A stretch of 64,000 bases of DNA from assembly GCA_002269645.1 (NCBI GenBank), contig NIVC01003351.1, positions 1 through 64,000 of the forward strand. Reading direction: 5' to 3'. Shown here in pieces: positions 40,010-52,655 of this stretch. This DNA comes from Macrostomum lignano. Lineage: Eukaryota. Under the pieces are notes generated by a model. It had not been told where the DNA came from. It saw nothing but the letters and a program-made list of their open reading frames with translations, and did not search any database. The stretch's first letter is position 1, and each line of letters begins with the position of its first letter. The translations under genes were made by a program, and so were the position numbers.

Positions 40010-41270
40010 CCCACAGATCTCACTGCCCCCCAGATCTCACTGTCCCCAGATCTCACCGCCCCCACCAGATCACCCCCAGATCTCACTGACCCCCCAGATC
40101 ACCCCCAGATCTCACTGCCCCCCCCAGATCTCACTGCCCCCCCCCCAATCACACCCAGATCTCACTGACCCCCCCCCCAGATCACCCCCAGATCTCACTG
40201 ACCCCCCAGATCACCCCCAGATCTCACTGCCCCCCCCAGATCTCACTGCCCCCCCAATCACACCCAGATCTCACTGACCCCCCCAGATCACCCCCAGATC
40301 TCACTGCCCCCCCAGATCACCCCCAGATCTCACTGCCCCCCAATCACACCCAGATCTCACTGACCCCCCCCCCCAGATCACCCCCAGATCTCACTGCCCC
40401 CCAGATCACCCCCAGATCTCACTGACCCCCCAGATCACCCCCAGATCTCACTGCCCCCCCAGATCACCCCCAGATCTCACTGCCCCCCAGATCACCCCCA
40501 GATCTCACTGACCCCCCCCCCAGATCACCCCCAGATCTCACTGCCCCCCAGATCACCCCCAGATCTTACTGCCCCCCCAGATCACCCCCAGATTACCCCC
40601 AGATCTTACTGCCCCCCCCCAGATCACCCCCCAGATTTCACTGCCCCCCCCAGATCACCCCAGATCTCACTGCCCCCCCAGATCTCACTGCCCCCCCCCA
40701 GATCTCACTGCCCCCCCAGATCACCCCCAGATCTCACTGCCCCCCAGATCACCCCAGATCTCACTGCCCCCCCAGATCTCACTGCCCCCCCCCCAGATCA
40801 CCCCCAGATCTCACTGCCCCCCAGATCACCCCCAGATTTCACTGCCCCCCAGATCACCCCCCAGATCTCACTGACCCCCCCCCCCAGATCACCCCCAGAT
40901 CTCACTGCCCTCCCAGTTCTCCCCGGGCCCCTAGATCTCACTGTCCCCCCCCCCCCAGATCTCACTCCCCCCAGATCTCACTGTGTCCCCCTTGAGATCT
41001 TACTGTTTCCCTCCCATTTCCCTCTCCCTCTCTTAGATCTCACTTCACTCCTAAATCTCACTCTTCACTCTCCCAGATCTCACTTTTCACTTACCTAGAT
41101 CTCACCTTACTCCTAAATCTCACTCTTCACTCTCCCAGATCTCACTCTTCACTTACCTAGATCTCACTTCGCTCCTAAATCTCACTCTCCACTCTCCTAG
41201 ATATCACTTTTCATTCTCCTAGATATCACTTTTCATTCTCCTAGATCTCACTCTCCACTCCTAGATCTCG
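40010..41270. repeat. C-rich CCAGATC(TCACTG) tandem repeat grading into a CT-rich variant
   Basis: Direct; ends ~70 bp upstream of the desaturase ATG. Confidence 0.93.
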
Positions 41271-41343
41271 CTGTTCACCCCACCAACAGAGCGCTGACCA
41301 ATACTGCCCCATATTCCCTCAGCAACAGCCGCCCACAGCCGCA

Positions 41344-43106
41344 ATGTCCAACGAGTTCAGCTGGGAGGAGATCCGCAGCCACACGTCGCCAGACAGTCGC
41401 TGGCTAGTGGTTGACAACGCCGTATACGATGTGAGCCGGTGGGCGCAAAAGCACCCGGGCGGCAGTCGCCTGCTGTCGCACTACGCTGGCCAAGACGCTA
41501 CGGAAGCGTTTCGTGCTTTCCATCTCGACCAGTCGACCGTAGCCAAATGGTTGGCGCCATTGCGCATCGGTCGAGTCTGTTCGAACGATCCCGAGCGTCT
41601 AGTTGCTATGCGAACCGATTTCGAACGCTTGCGCAAAGACGCGCAGGCTAGGGGCCTGTTCAAGCCCAGCTTAGTGTTCTACGCCCTGATGCTGGCCCAC
41701 ATATTCGCATTGGAGGCCATTGCCTACGCCTGTCTGCGCTTCTGGGGCACCGGCTGGTTGCCTTACATTGTGGCGCTGTGCCTGTACGCTACGGCGCAGA
41801 GTCAGGCTAGCTGGCTGCAGCACGACTTCGGGCACTTGTCGGTGTTTCACAATCGCCGATGGGACGGCTGGCTGCACCAGCTCACTATGAGCTATTTCAA
41901 AGGCGCCTCAGCGCACTGGTGGAAGCATCTGCACTATCAGCATCATTCCAAGCCGAACGTTATGAATAAAGATCCCGACGTTCGCATCCAGCCGCTGTTC
42001 GTTGTTGGGAAAACTATGCCGAAAGAGACTGCGGCTAATCCTAAAAGTCCATACGTGCCCTATCATTTCCAGCACAGGTATTTCTTTGCCATCGGACCGC
42101 CGCTGCTGTTCCCGGTGTACTTTCAAATTGCCACTTTCAGGCACGCCATTTCGCGTCGCTGCTACGTTGATTTGGCCTGCATGGCCCTGTTCTTTGCCAA
42201 GATCGTTGTACTGTACCGGCCGCTGCTGGGTCTGGGCGGCGCTTTCCTTTATTACTTCCTGGTGCGGATGATCGAGAGTCACTGGTGAGTGTCGTGTTTG
42301 TTAGTTTTGAATGTGTGCATGCCGATATTCTGTTATTAACTAGCATGTTATGTTCGATAGTTTACCTGCTAGACTGTTCACTGGTTAGATTATTTACCTT
42401 TAGATAGTTCACCGGTTAGATTGTTCACCTATTAGATTGTTCAACTGTTCGATTGTTCACCTATTAGATTGTTCAACTGTTCGATTGTTCACCTGATAGA
42501 TTGTTCACCTGTTAGATAGTTCACCGGTTAGATTGTTCACCTATTAGATTGTTCAACTGTTAGATAGTTCACCTGATATATTGTTCACCTGTTAGATTGT
42601 TCAACTTTTAGATAGTTAACCTGCTAACTAGTTCACCTGTTAGATAGTTCACTTGTTACTCGTAGATAGTTCACCAGTCAGATAGTTAACTATGTAGCTT
42701 AACCTTCTAGTACCTTCACCTGTTAGACAGCAGCTTCACCTCAACTTTCTCTGTCTCCAGGTTCACTTGGGTGTCGCAGAGCAACCACATCCCCATGGAG
42801 ATTGAGCACGACCGCGCTGAGCCTTGGCTGGCCCTTCAGCTGCACGCCACCTGCGACATCGAGAAGTCGCCATTCAACGATTGGTTCACCGGACACCTGA
42901 ACTTTCAAATCGAGCACCACCTGTTCCCAACAATGCCGCGTCATAACTATTACAAAATCCAGCCGGATGTGCAACACCTGTGCCAAAAGTACGGCATCCG
43001 GCACGAGATTAAGCCGCTGTGGCGAGCCTTCTGCGACGTTATCGGATCGCTGCGCCACTCTGGCGAAATCTGGCACGCGGCTTATCACGCCCATCATATG
43101 GACTAA
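41344..43106 (+). CDS. FADS2: Front-end fatty acyl desaturase (FADS/delta-6/delta-5-like); exons 41344-42284, 42761-43106 (428 aa)
   Basis: Cytochrome b5 domain with HPGG; His boxes HDFGH, HYQHH and QIEHH; GT-AG intron in ESHW/FTWV; 1287 nt in frame. FADS1 vs FADS2 orthology and regiospecificity cannot be read from sequence. Confidence 0.93.
42350..42722. repeat. 17-bp degenerate minisatellite (TTGTTCACCTGTTAGAT) in the desaturase intron
   Basis: Direct. Confidence 0.85.
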
Positions 43107-43594
43107 GGCTGCAGTGTTCGATTGTCTACTGTCAGTAGCTGATCGGCACATCGGGTGGACTACTTGAGGAGATATTTTATTGTTTCACGCATCATTTCGT
43201 GTGCTGTCATGTTTGTGGATTATATTAATTAATATACATATAAGTAATATTATGGAACTCAGCGTCGAACTTTATTTTTGTTGGACTATGAGCCAATTTG
43301 ATATGCCGTTCATTTATTGATTTTGCAAACTTATTCTGTTATGTGTCTCATCTTTGTCATTTTTATTCTGTCGCAATCGGATGCTAAATAGGTTATTATT
43401 ATAGCTTAAGTTTTCTTGCTTTTGTTTTCTGTATTTTGACATCCGCATTCTTGTGCGTCTCTACAAATGCTTTGCTAGCCTGATGTATGAATAAATATTA
43501 ATTTAATTTTTCCCCGATTTTAAATATATTGTTGAGCGTGTTTCCGGCAAATCCAGGCATCGGAGAAAGCTCGAGGTCTATATGTACATTCGGA

Positions 43595-44237
43595 AAGATA
43601 TTGAGCCAGTGAATCTGTATTCTAAATGTACATTAGGGGAAGAGATTGAGCCAGTGAATCTGTATTCTAAATGTACATTAGGGGAAGAGATTGAGCCAGT
43701 GAATCTGTGGTCTAAATGTACATTAGGGGAAGAGATTGAGCCAGTGAATCTGTATTCTAAATGTACATTAGGGGAAGAGATTGAGCCAGAGAATCTGTGG
43801 TCTAAATGTACATTAGGGGGAAGAGATTGAGCCAGTGAATCTGTATTCTAAATGTACATTAGGGGAAGAGATTGAGCCAGTGAATCTGTAGTCTAAATGT
43901 ACATTAGTGAAAGAGATTGAGCCAGTGAATCTGTGGTCTAAATGTACATTAGGGGAAGAGATTGAGCCAGTGAATCTGTGGTCTAAATGTACATTAGGGG
44001 AAGAGATTGAGCCAGTGAATCTGTGGTCTAAATGTACATTAGGGGAAGAGATTGAGCCAGTGAATCTGTGGTCTAAATGTACATTAGGGGAAGAGATTGA
44101 GCCAGTAAATCTGTATTCTAAATGTACATTAGGGGAAGAGATTGAGCCAGTGAATCTGTGGTCTAAATGTACATTAGGGGAAGAGATTGAGCCAGTGAAT
44201 CTGTGGTCTAAATGTACATTAGGGGGAAGAGATTGAG
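43595..44237. repeat. 45-bp minisatellite
   Basis: 15-aa periodicity (EEIEPVNLWSKCTLG) in the spurious ORFs. Confidence 0.95.
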
Positions 44238-44999
44238 TTAATCACTTAAACCAGTGCTTATTAGCTCTTTAACAGATAGATCTCTAATATATAACTGATA
44301 GACCTTAAAATTGGTGAAATTGCCAACTGACATTGTTTTGATAATTATTGACAATTTATTTCAGCTTTTTTATTCAAATTGCGGCCATTTTTATACTTAA
44401 AAAGAGTTTAAAAATTTCTGCACTCTTAGCCACGATTTTTTTCTGCTTTTTAATCGTAAAATCTACCCCTATAAACTCTTGTGCACCTACTTTGCCGCTG
44501 CTGAAACTCAAAATCTAACATGCAGATGCGCCATTCCGATCTGTCTTGGGGCGTTTTTTAACTTTGTTTTCTTTACTTATTGCTGCTAATCTTTAGTTTG
44601 ATTTTTTTTGTTAAAAATCACTTCGTTAGAGACTATCCCAGTGTCATTAAATTATTTTATATTTATTATATTTGTCATATTTAGCCTTGACTGTTGTCAT
44701 TTGTACTTAAATTGATGAATATATAAACGCTTCTATTTTGTTTACTGTTGGTGAGCTTCTCCCTTTTATTGCACTTTTATTGTATACTCGCATATACTAG
44801 TATCAATAACGCTTATGCACTTTTACACAGCATACGCTAAGGAAGGTGTTGCACTTCTAAATGCTTTTGTTGAAATTTAAGAAGCAATCATGTTTATATT
44901 GAGGCTGACTTACTGATACCTTATTTAAAGTACTTCATGTACCTAATTGATTATGCAGAGCGATTTCAATTTTTATTTCAGTTTTCAAAAGGTTTATTG

Positions 45000-46572
45000 G
45001 TCTGGTCAGGATTGGGTAGGCTAGAGTGTCTGATTGGTCAGGATGGGGTAGGCTAGAGTGTGTCTGATTGGTCAGGATGGGGTAGGCTAGAGTGCGTCTG
45101 ATTGGTCAGGATTGGGTAGGCTAGAGTGTGTCTGATTGGTCAGGATGGGGTAGGCTAGAGTGTGTCTGATTGGTCAGGATTGGGTAGGCTAGAGTGCGTC
45201 TGATTGGTCAGGATGGGGTAGGCTAGAGTGTGTCTGATTGGTCAGGATGGGGTAAGCTAGAGTGTGTCTGATTGGTCAGGATGGGGTAGGCTAGAGTGTG
45301 TCTGATTGGTCAGGATTGGGTAGGCTAGAGTGTGTCTGATTGGTCAGGATGGGGTAGGCTAGAGTGTGTCTGATTGGTCAGGATGGGGTAGGCTAGAGTG
45401 TGTCTGATTGGTCAGGATGGGGTAGGCTAGAGTGTGTCTGATTGGTCAGGATGGGGTAAGCTAGAGTGTGTCTGATTGGTCAGGATTGGGTAGGCTAGAG
45501 TGTGTCTGATTGGTCAGGATGGGGTAGGCTAGAGTGTGTCTGATTGGTCAGGATTGGGTAGGCTAGAGTGTGTCTGATTGGTCAGGATTGGGTAGGCTAG
45601 AGTGCGTCTGATTGGTCAGGATTGGGTAGGCTAGAGTGCGTCTGATTGGTCAGGATTGGGTAGGCTAGAGTGTGTCTGATTGGTCAGGATGGGGTAGGCT
45701 AGAGTGTGTCTGATTGGTCAGGATTGGGTAGGCTAGAGTGCGTCTGATTGGTCAGGATGGGGTAGGCTAGAGTGTGTCTGATTGGTCAGGATGGGGTAGG
45801 CTAGAGTGTGTCTGATTGGTCAGGATGGGGTAAGCTAGAGTGTGTCTGATTGGTCAGGATGGGGTAGGCTAGAGTGTGTCTGATTGGTCAGGATTGGGTA
45901 GGCTAGAGTGTGTCTGATTGGTCAGGATGGGGTAGGCTAGAGTGTGTCTGATTGGTCAGGATGGGGTAGGCTAGAGTGTGTCTGATTGGTCAGGATGGGG
46001 TAGGCTAGAGTGTGTCTGATTGGTCAGGATGGGGTAAGCTAGAGTGTGTCTGATTGGTCAGGATTGGGTAGGCTAGAGTGTGTCTGATTGGTCAGGATGG
46101 GGTAGGCTAGAGTGTGTCTGATTGGTCAGGATTGGGTAGGCTAGAGTGTCTGATTGGTCAGGATGGGGTAGGCTAGAGTGCGTCTGATTGGTCAGGATTG
46201 GGTAGGCTAGAGTGTGTCTGATTGGTCAGGATTGGGTAGGCTAGAGTGCGTCTGATTGGTCAGGATTGGGTAGGCTAGAGTGTGTCTGATTGGTCAGGAT
46301 TGGGTAGGCTAGAGTGTGTCTGATTGGTCAGGATTGGGTAGGCTAGAGTGCGTCTGATTGGTCAGGATGGGGTAGGCTAGAGTGTGTCTGATTGGTCAGG
46401 ATTGGGTAGGCTAGAGTGTGTCTGATTGGTCAGGATGGGGTAGGCTAGAGTGTATCTGATTGGTCAGGATGGGGTAAGCTAGAGTGTGTCTGATTGGTCA
46501 GGATTGGGTAGGCTAGAGTGTGTCTGATTGGTCAGGATGGGGTAGGCTAGAGTGTGTCTGATTGGTCAGGAT
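45000..46572. repeat. 34-bp minisatellite (GTGTGTCTGATTGGTCAGGATGGGGTAGGCTAGA), array 1
   Basis: Direct; 34-bp spacing. Confidence 0.97.
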
Positions 46573-47294
46573 TTCTATTATATTCATTTATGTCAAACGG
46601 CTTTGATATAATTACTTGGGATGGCAATTTTACTAATTGATATAAAAGCAAGAATTGTATTTTAATATCTATACTGCACCTTTATTCAAAGTACTTAATG
46701 CTTCTATGTGATGATATATTGTGAGTCTATGTATTGCAATTTTGCCAATAATCATTTTTTGCAGGCATGAGAATAAGCTCGCTTTTAGACATAAATCGCT
46801 CAGTTACAATCGTACCCATATACACGATCGTCTATATTCGGGTTTTGTATTGAAGAAGTTATTTTTATTCGTAATTTAAATATTTTTTCTATCAGCTTTT
46901 TATCTGTTTAGTGTTGAATTTAGCAAGGCAAAAAGCACATCTTTATCTTGTCCTGCATAACCCAACTATTGAGAATAACTGCTTTGATTAAGTGTTACAT
47001 TTGCTTGCTTTTGCCATTGGTATTCAAAATTGATTGCTTAGTATTTACTGTTAGTAGTATTTTGTCAATTTATTTTTAAGTGGCGCTGCTTCTACAGTGG
47101 TTTGTAGTCTATTATTACACCTGTACCCTGCCCCAATTGTTATTGTTCAGTTTTCAATCTGGTTTAATAATATAATAAACATCTAGCTGCTAACTGTCGC
47201 TACGAACTTATCCTTTGCGATCAAGTAGAAAATTTTGTAATTGATATGCTTATCATATCCGGCTGATAGGGTCGTGTCAGTATTAGAGTGTGGT

Positions 47295-48510
47295 GATGTC
47301 TGATTGGTCAGAATGGGTAGGCTAGAGTGCCTGATTGGTCAGGATGGGGTAGGCTAAAGTGTGTCTGATTGGCCACGATGGGGTAGGCTAAAGTGTGTCT
47401 GATTGGTCAGGATGGGGTAGGCTAGAGTGTCAGATTGGTCAAGATGGGGTTGGCTAGAGTGTCAGATTGGTCAAGATGGGGTTGGCTAGAGTGTCAGTTT
47501 GGTCAGGATGGGGTTGGCTAGAGTGTCAGATTGGTCAGGATGGGGTAGGCTAGAGTGTGCCTGATTGGTCAGGATGGGGTAGGCTAGAGTTGCCTGATTG
47601 GTCAGGATGGGGTAGGCTAGAGTGTGCCTGATTGGTCAGGATGGGGTAGGCTAGAGTGTGCCTGATTGGTCAGGATGGGGTAGGCTAGAGTGTGCCTGAT
47701 TGGTCAGGATGGGGTAGGCTAGAGTGTGTCTGATTGGTCAGGATGGGGTAGGCTAGAGTGTGCCTGATTGGTCAGGATGGGGGTAGGCTAGAGTGTGCCT
47801 GATTGGTCAGGATGGGGGTAGGCTAGAGTGTGCCTGATTGGTCAGGATTGGGTAGGCTAGAGTGTGTCTGATTGGTCAGGATTGGGTAGGCTAGAGTGTG
47901 TCTGATTGGTCAGGATGGGGGTAGGCTAGAGTGTGCCTGATTGGTCAGGATTGGGTAGGCTAGAGTGTGTCTGATTGGTCAGGATGGGGTAGCTAGAGTG
48001 TGCCTGATTGGTCAGGATTGGGTAGGCTAGAGTGTGTCTGATTGGTCAGGATGGGGGTAGGCTAGAGTGTGTCTGATTGGTCAGGATTGGGTAGGCTAGA
48101 GTGTGTCTGATTGGTCAGGATGGGGGTAGGCTAGAGTGTGTCTGATTGGTCAGGATTGGGTAGGCTAGAGTGTGCCTGATTGGTCAGGATGGGGTAGGCT
48201 AGAGTGTGTCTGATTGGTCAGGATTGGGTAGGCTAGAGTGTGTCTGATTGGTCAGGATGGGGGTAGGCTAGAGTGTGTCTGATTGGTCAGGATTGGGTAG
48301 GCTAGAGTGTGTCTGATTGGTCAGGATTGGGTAGGCTAGAGTGTGCCTGATTGTCAGGATGGGGGTAGGCTAGAGTGTGTCTGATTGGTCAGGATTGGGT
48401 AGGCTAGAGTGTGTCTGATTGGTCAGGATGGGGGTAGGCTAGAGTGTGTCTGATTGGTCAGGATTGGGTAGGCTAGAGTGTGCCTGATTGGTCAGGATGG
48501 GGTAGGCTAG
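47295..48510. repeat. Same 34-bp family, array 2
   Basis: Direct; separated from array 1 by ~720 bp of AT-rich unique sequence. Confidence 0.97.
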
Positions 48511-48965
48511 TCTCTAAAGTTCCGTCGACAAACTGATCGTTGTTATAAAAGTATGTTAGCTTAGTATCGTTTACTAAATCATATTGCATGCTCAGGTGCA
48601 TCTCTGCCCATTTGGCAGCAGCTTGAATTTGTACTCAAGAGTGAGAGAGGGTGTACACCTAGCTACTTACCCGAATGGACTCAAAGCCTAGCGGCCAACA
48701 GCAGCAGCGCCAGCCAACCTCACTTGCCAGCGGCAGCGGCGGCCTCTTTAACTGGCTATTCGGCCTGAATCCGGACAGCTATCCCCGCTCGGTGAATTAT
48801 TATTCCAGCTACGCCAGCGAAACGCCCGCCCTCGGCTGATGCAGGCGTGCCCACTACTGTTAGTAGTAGAGACAGCAGCGATTCGCCTAATATTCACTTC
48901 CGGCCACTGCATCCAGCGCCTCTCCTATACTACTGAGCCAGATGACGTCAGCCGCTCAGTCACCT

Positions 48966-50128
48966 TTAATTAGCATTCACGGCGGCGACGAGTCTTTGAA
49001 ATCGGCCGCCGAACTGTTCGGCGCTCGCCGACGTCGCGACTCGGAAATGTTTCGCGATTTGAACGCTAATGCGCCCAATAATTTCTAGGCGTAACTGATC
49101 GTACGGTGGGGTAGCGGGTTCAGAAGTAACGAGAATTTCGTTCTGCATGAGTAACCTAAATCGAATCTATCAGCCTGTATGCATCAGTGATGACTCTACA
49201 TGACAGTCCAGACCTCAAGATAAAAATATTACAACAGTTTTTTGTCGCTTGTTCTCTAGACCTGAAAAAACGTTGAGAACTTTACTGACTAGACTAAAAA
49301 GTGCTTATAAGTGAGGCTATGGAACTTTTGACACAACAAAATAGATTGTCATGGACAGAAACTTTTCATTATCATGGCGCCGGTCTGGTTGGCAAACTTC
49401 GGCCCGCGAAGCCTCTCTATCCGGTCCTCGTGTCCTTTGTAACTTCACAATAGCAATCTTCTCTCTCCTCTCTTCTCCCCTCTCCTATTTCATCAATTCT
49501 CTCCTTTTGTCCTCTGTCTTCTCAGGTTCTCTATCTGGCTTTTGCCGACCCCTGATGTCACCGATGCATGCAGGCGAGTTGCCATCCATTGGGTGATCAT
49601 GGTAGTACCGGTTTTTCTGTCTATTCTAAAGGCTATTCTTAATTCTACTATATTTTATTTTATATACTCTGCGCTATCTAATGACGAAATTTCTGTGTCC
49701 GCTATGTTTAGTTTTTCAGGCCGCGCTATACTTTCTACTTATATCAGTAGACGAACTCGGACATACATCCTTTAGTGTTGTAGTTAGCCAAGCACAAAGA
49801 AGAAGTAAAAAGAAGGATATCACCAATCCGGTATACTTGGCAACTCGAATGGATCAGCCCATGAAGGCCAACCCCCCCCCCTAAGGCACAGAGAGTGTAC
49901 ATGCCTGACGATCAGAAAGTCAGGGCCGCTGTACACCCTGCGTGAGCGTGTGCATGAGAGCGTGCCTGCGTACAGTATTGGCGCGCTTGTATTGTGCTCA
50001 GGAGTCAGCGGAATGGGCAGAATTGCCGTCAGCTCTGGTTTTGAGACGATGTCGTCGTCTAAGGCGTTGCGCCAGGGTGCAATTTTATTATGGGGGATTA
50101 TGCTCGTAAATTTACCATTGAAGTTCAC
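48966..50128 (-). CDS. Candidate 3' exons of an unidentified gene (terminal exon 49142-48966; upstream exon within ~50128-49890)
   Basis: A CAG acceptor precedes NEILVTSEPATPPYDQLRLEIIGRISV...AVNAN*; GC-rich open frame at 49820-50128. Exon chain not resolved. Confidence 0.35.
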
Positions 50129-50619
50129 AGACCACGGACCAAAGCTACATTAAATTTGCGATAAGACCCATCTGCGATGTGTGTAATCATTTTTTCGCTT
50201 TTTAAATCGCTTTATATTCGAGTTGATCGTGAGTTAAACGTGTAAACAAGCGCGTATTATATTCGCATAATAATATTTCATAATTGCGAGTCATCGTTTT
50301 GTACAGCAAACTAAGTACATCGCAACCTCTGCTGCGTGCACTGTAGGTCGCTTTAAATCTTGTGATATTATATAGCAAGCACCATTGAGTAACTCTTAAT
50401 AGTAGTTAAGCTCCTCAATACAGTAATTATTGTAATTTTATCCATGCTATCAAACATTTATGCTTGTAAAAATAAACATTTTCGAGTCATTTTACATTAT
50501 TCTAGATATTCTGTTCATTTTGGTTGTTTCAATTGCTCCGTCATACAAAATTAAATCTCCTGATTGGCCACAGTCTTGTCTTATCTTTCCTAACTGATTA
50601 CCTTCCTTCCCCTGGACCT

Positions 50620-51600
50620 CTGATTGGCTGCAATCTCCCCTACCTCAATTCTTCTGATTGGCTGCAATCTTTCTCCCCCCCCTCTAGTGCCTCTGATTAA
50701 CTGCAATCTCCCCCCCCCTTAGTGCCTCTGATTAGCTGCAATCTCCCCCCTTTAGTGCTCTGATTAACTGCAATCTCCCCCCCTTAGTGCCTCTGATTAG
50801 CTGCAATCTCCCCCCTTTAGTGCCTCTGATTGGCTGCAATCTCCCCCATAGTGCCTCTGATTAACTGCAATCTCCCCCCTTAGTGCCTCTGATTGGCTGC
50901 AATCTCCCCCATAGTGCCTCTGATTAACTGCAATCTCCCCCTTAGTGCCTCTGATTGGCTGATATCCCCCTAGTGCCTCCGATTGGCTGCAATCTCCCCC
51001 CTTAGTGCCTCTGATTGGCTGCAAGCTCCCCTTAGTGCCTCTGATTGGCTGATATCCCCCCTAGTGCCTCCGATTGGCTTAAATCTCCTTCCCCTTAGTG
51101 CCTCTGATTGGCTGATATCTCCTTCCCCTTAGTGCCTCTGATTGGCTGATATCCCCCCTAGTGCCTCCGATTGGCTGCAATCTCCCCCCCCCTTAGTGCC
51201 TCTGATTGGCTGCAAGCTCCCCTTAGTGTCTCTGATTGGCTGATATCCCCCTAGTGCCTCCGATTGGCTGCAATCTCCCTCCCCTTAGTGCCTCTGATTG
51301 GCTGCAAGCTCCCCTTAGTGCCTCTGATTGGCTGATACCCTCCTAGTGCTCCGATTGCTTCAATCTCCTTCCCCTTAGTGCCTTGATTGGCTGATATCTC
51401 CTTCCCCTTAGTGCCTTCTGATTGGCTGATATCCCCCCTAGTGCTCCGATTGCTGCAATCTCCCCCCTTATTGTCTCTGATTGGCTGCAAGCTCCCCCTT
51501 AGTGCCTTGATTGCTGCAATCTCCCCCTCAGTGCTTCTGATTGGCTGCAATCTTTGCTGCTCTAATTGGCTGTACTTCCCACCTTCCATCCAAGCCTGTG
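50620..51600. repeat. ~33-bp minisatellite (TTAGTGCCTCTGATTGGCTGCAATCTCCCCC)
   Basis: Direct, degenerate towards the gap. Confidence 0.92.
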
Positions 51601-51671
51601 ATTGGCTATGGCATTTCTCTCCCTCTTCCAAGCCGCCGCCTTTCCTTCCCCTCCATGCCCCTCCAGCCAAT

Positions 51672-52655
51672 NNNNNNNNNNNNNNNNNNNNNNNNNNNNN
51701 NNNNNNNNNNNNNNNNNNNNNNNNNNNNNNNNNNNNNNNNNNNNNNNNNNNNNNNNNNNNNNNNNNNNNNNNNNNNNNNNNNNNNNNNNNNNNNNNNNNN
51801 NNNNNNNNNNNNNNNNNNNNNNNNNNNNNNNNNNNNNNNNNNNNNNNNNNNNNNNNNNNNNNNNNNNNNNNNNNNNNNNNNNNNNNNNNNNNNNNNNNNN
51901 NNNNNNNNNNNNNNNNNNNNNNNNNNNNNNNNNNNNNNNNNNNNNNNNNNNNNNNNNNNNNNNNNNNNNNNNNNNNNNNNNNNNNNNNNNNNNNNNNNNN
52001 NNNNNNNNNNNNNNNNNNNNNNNNNNNNNNNNNNNNNNNNNNNNNNNNNNNNNNNNNNNNNNNNNNNNNNNNNNNNNNNNNNNNNNNNNNNNNNNNNNNN
52101 NNNNNNNNNNNNNNNNNNNNNNNNNNNNNNNNNNNNNNNNNNNNNNNNNNNNNNNNNNNNNNNNNNNNNNNNNNNNNNNNNNNNNNNNNNNNNNNNNNNN
52201 NNNNNNNNNNNNNNNNNNNNNNNNNNNNNNNNNNNNNNNNNNNNNNNNNNNNNNNNNNNNNNNNNNNNNNNNNNNNNNNNNNNNNNNNNNNNNNNNNNNN
52301 NNNNNNNNNNNNNNNNNNNNNNNNNNNNNNNNNNNNNNNNNNNNNNNNNNNNNNNNNNNNNNNNNNNNNNNNNNNNNNNNNNNNNNNNNNNNNNNNNNNN
52401 NNNNNNNNNNNNNNNNNNNNNNNNNNNNNNNNNNNNNNNNNNNNNNNNNNNNNNNNNNNNNNNNNNNNNNNNNNNNNNNNNNNNNNNNNNNNNNNNNNNN
52501 NNNNNNNNNNNNNNNNNNNNNNNNNNNNNNNNNNNNNNNNNNNNNNNNNNNNNNNNNNNNNNNNNNNNNNNNNNNNNNNNNNNNNNNNNNNNNNNNNNNN
52601 NNNNNNNNNNNNNNNNNNNNNNNNNNNNNNNNNNNNNNNNNNNNNNNNNNNNNNN
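51672..52655. other. Assembly gap (984 N)
   Basis: N run; ORFs spanning it are artefacts. Confidence 0.99.

Noticed and set aside
43595-48510. CRISPR-like arrays
   Set aside because: Units are head-to-tail with no unique spacers, there are no cas genes, and the context is eukaryotic.
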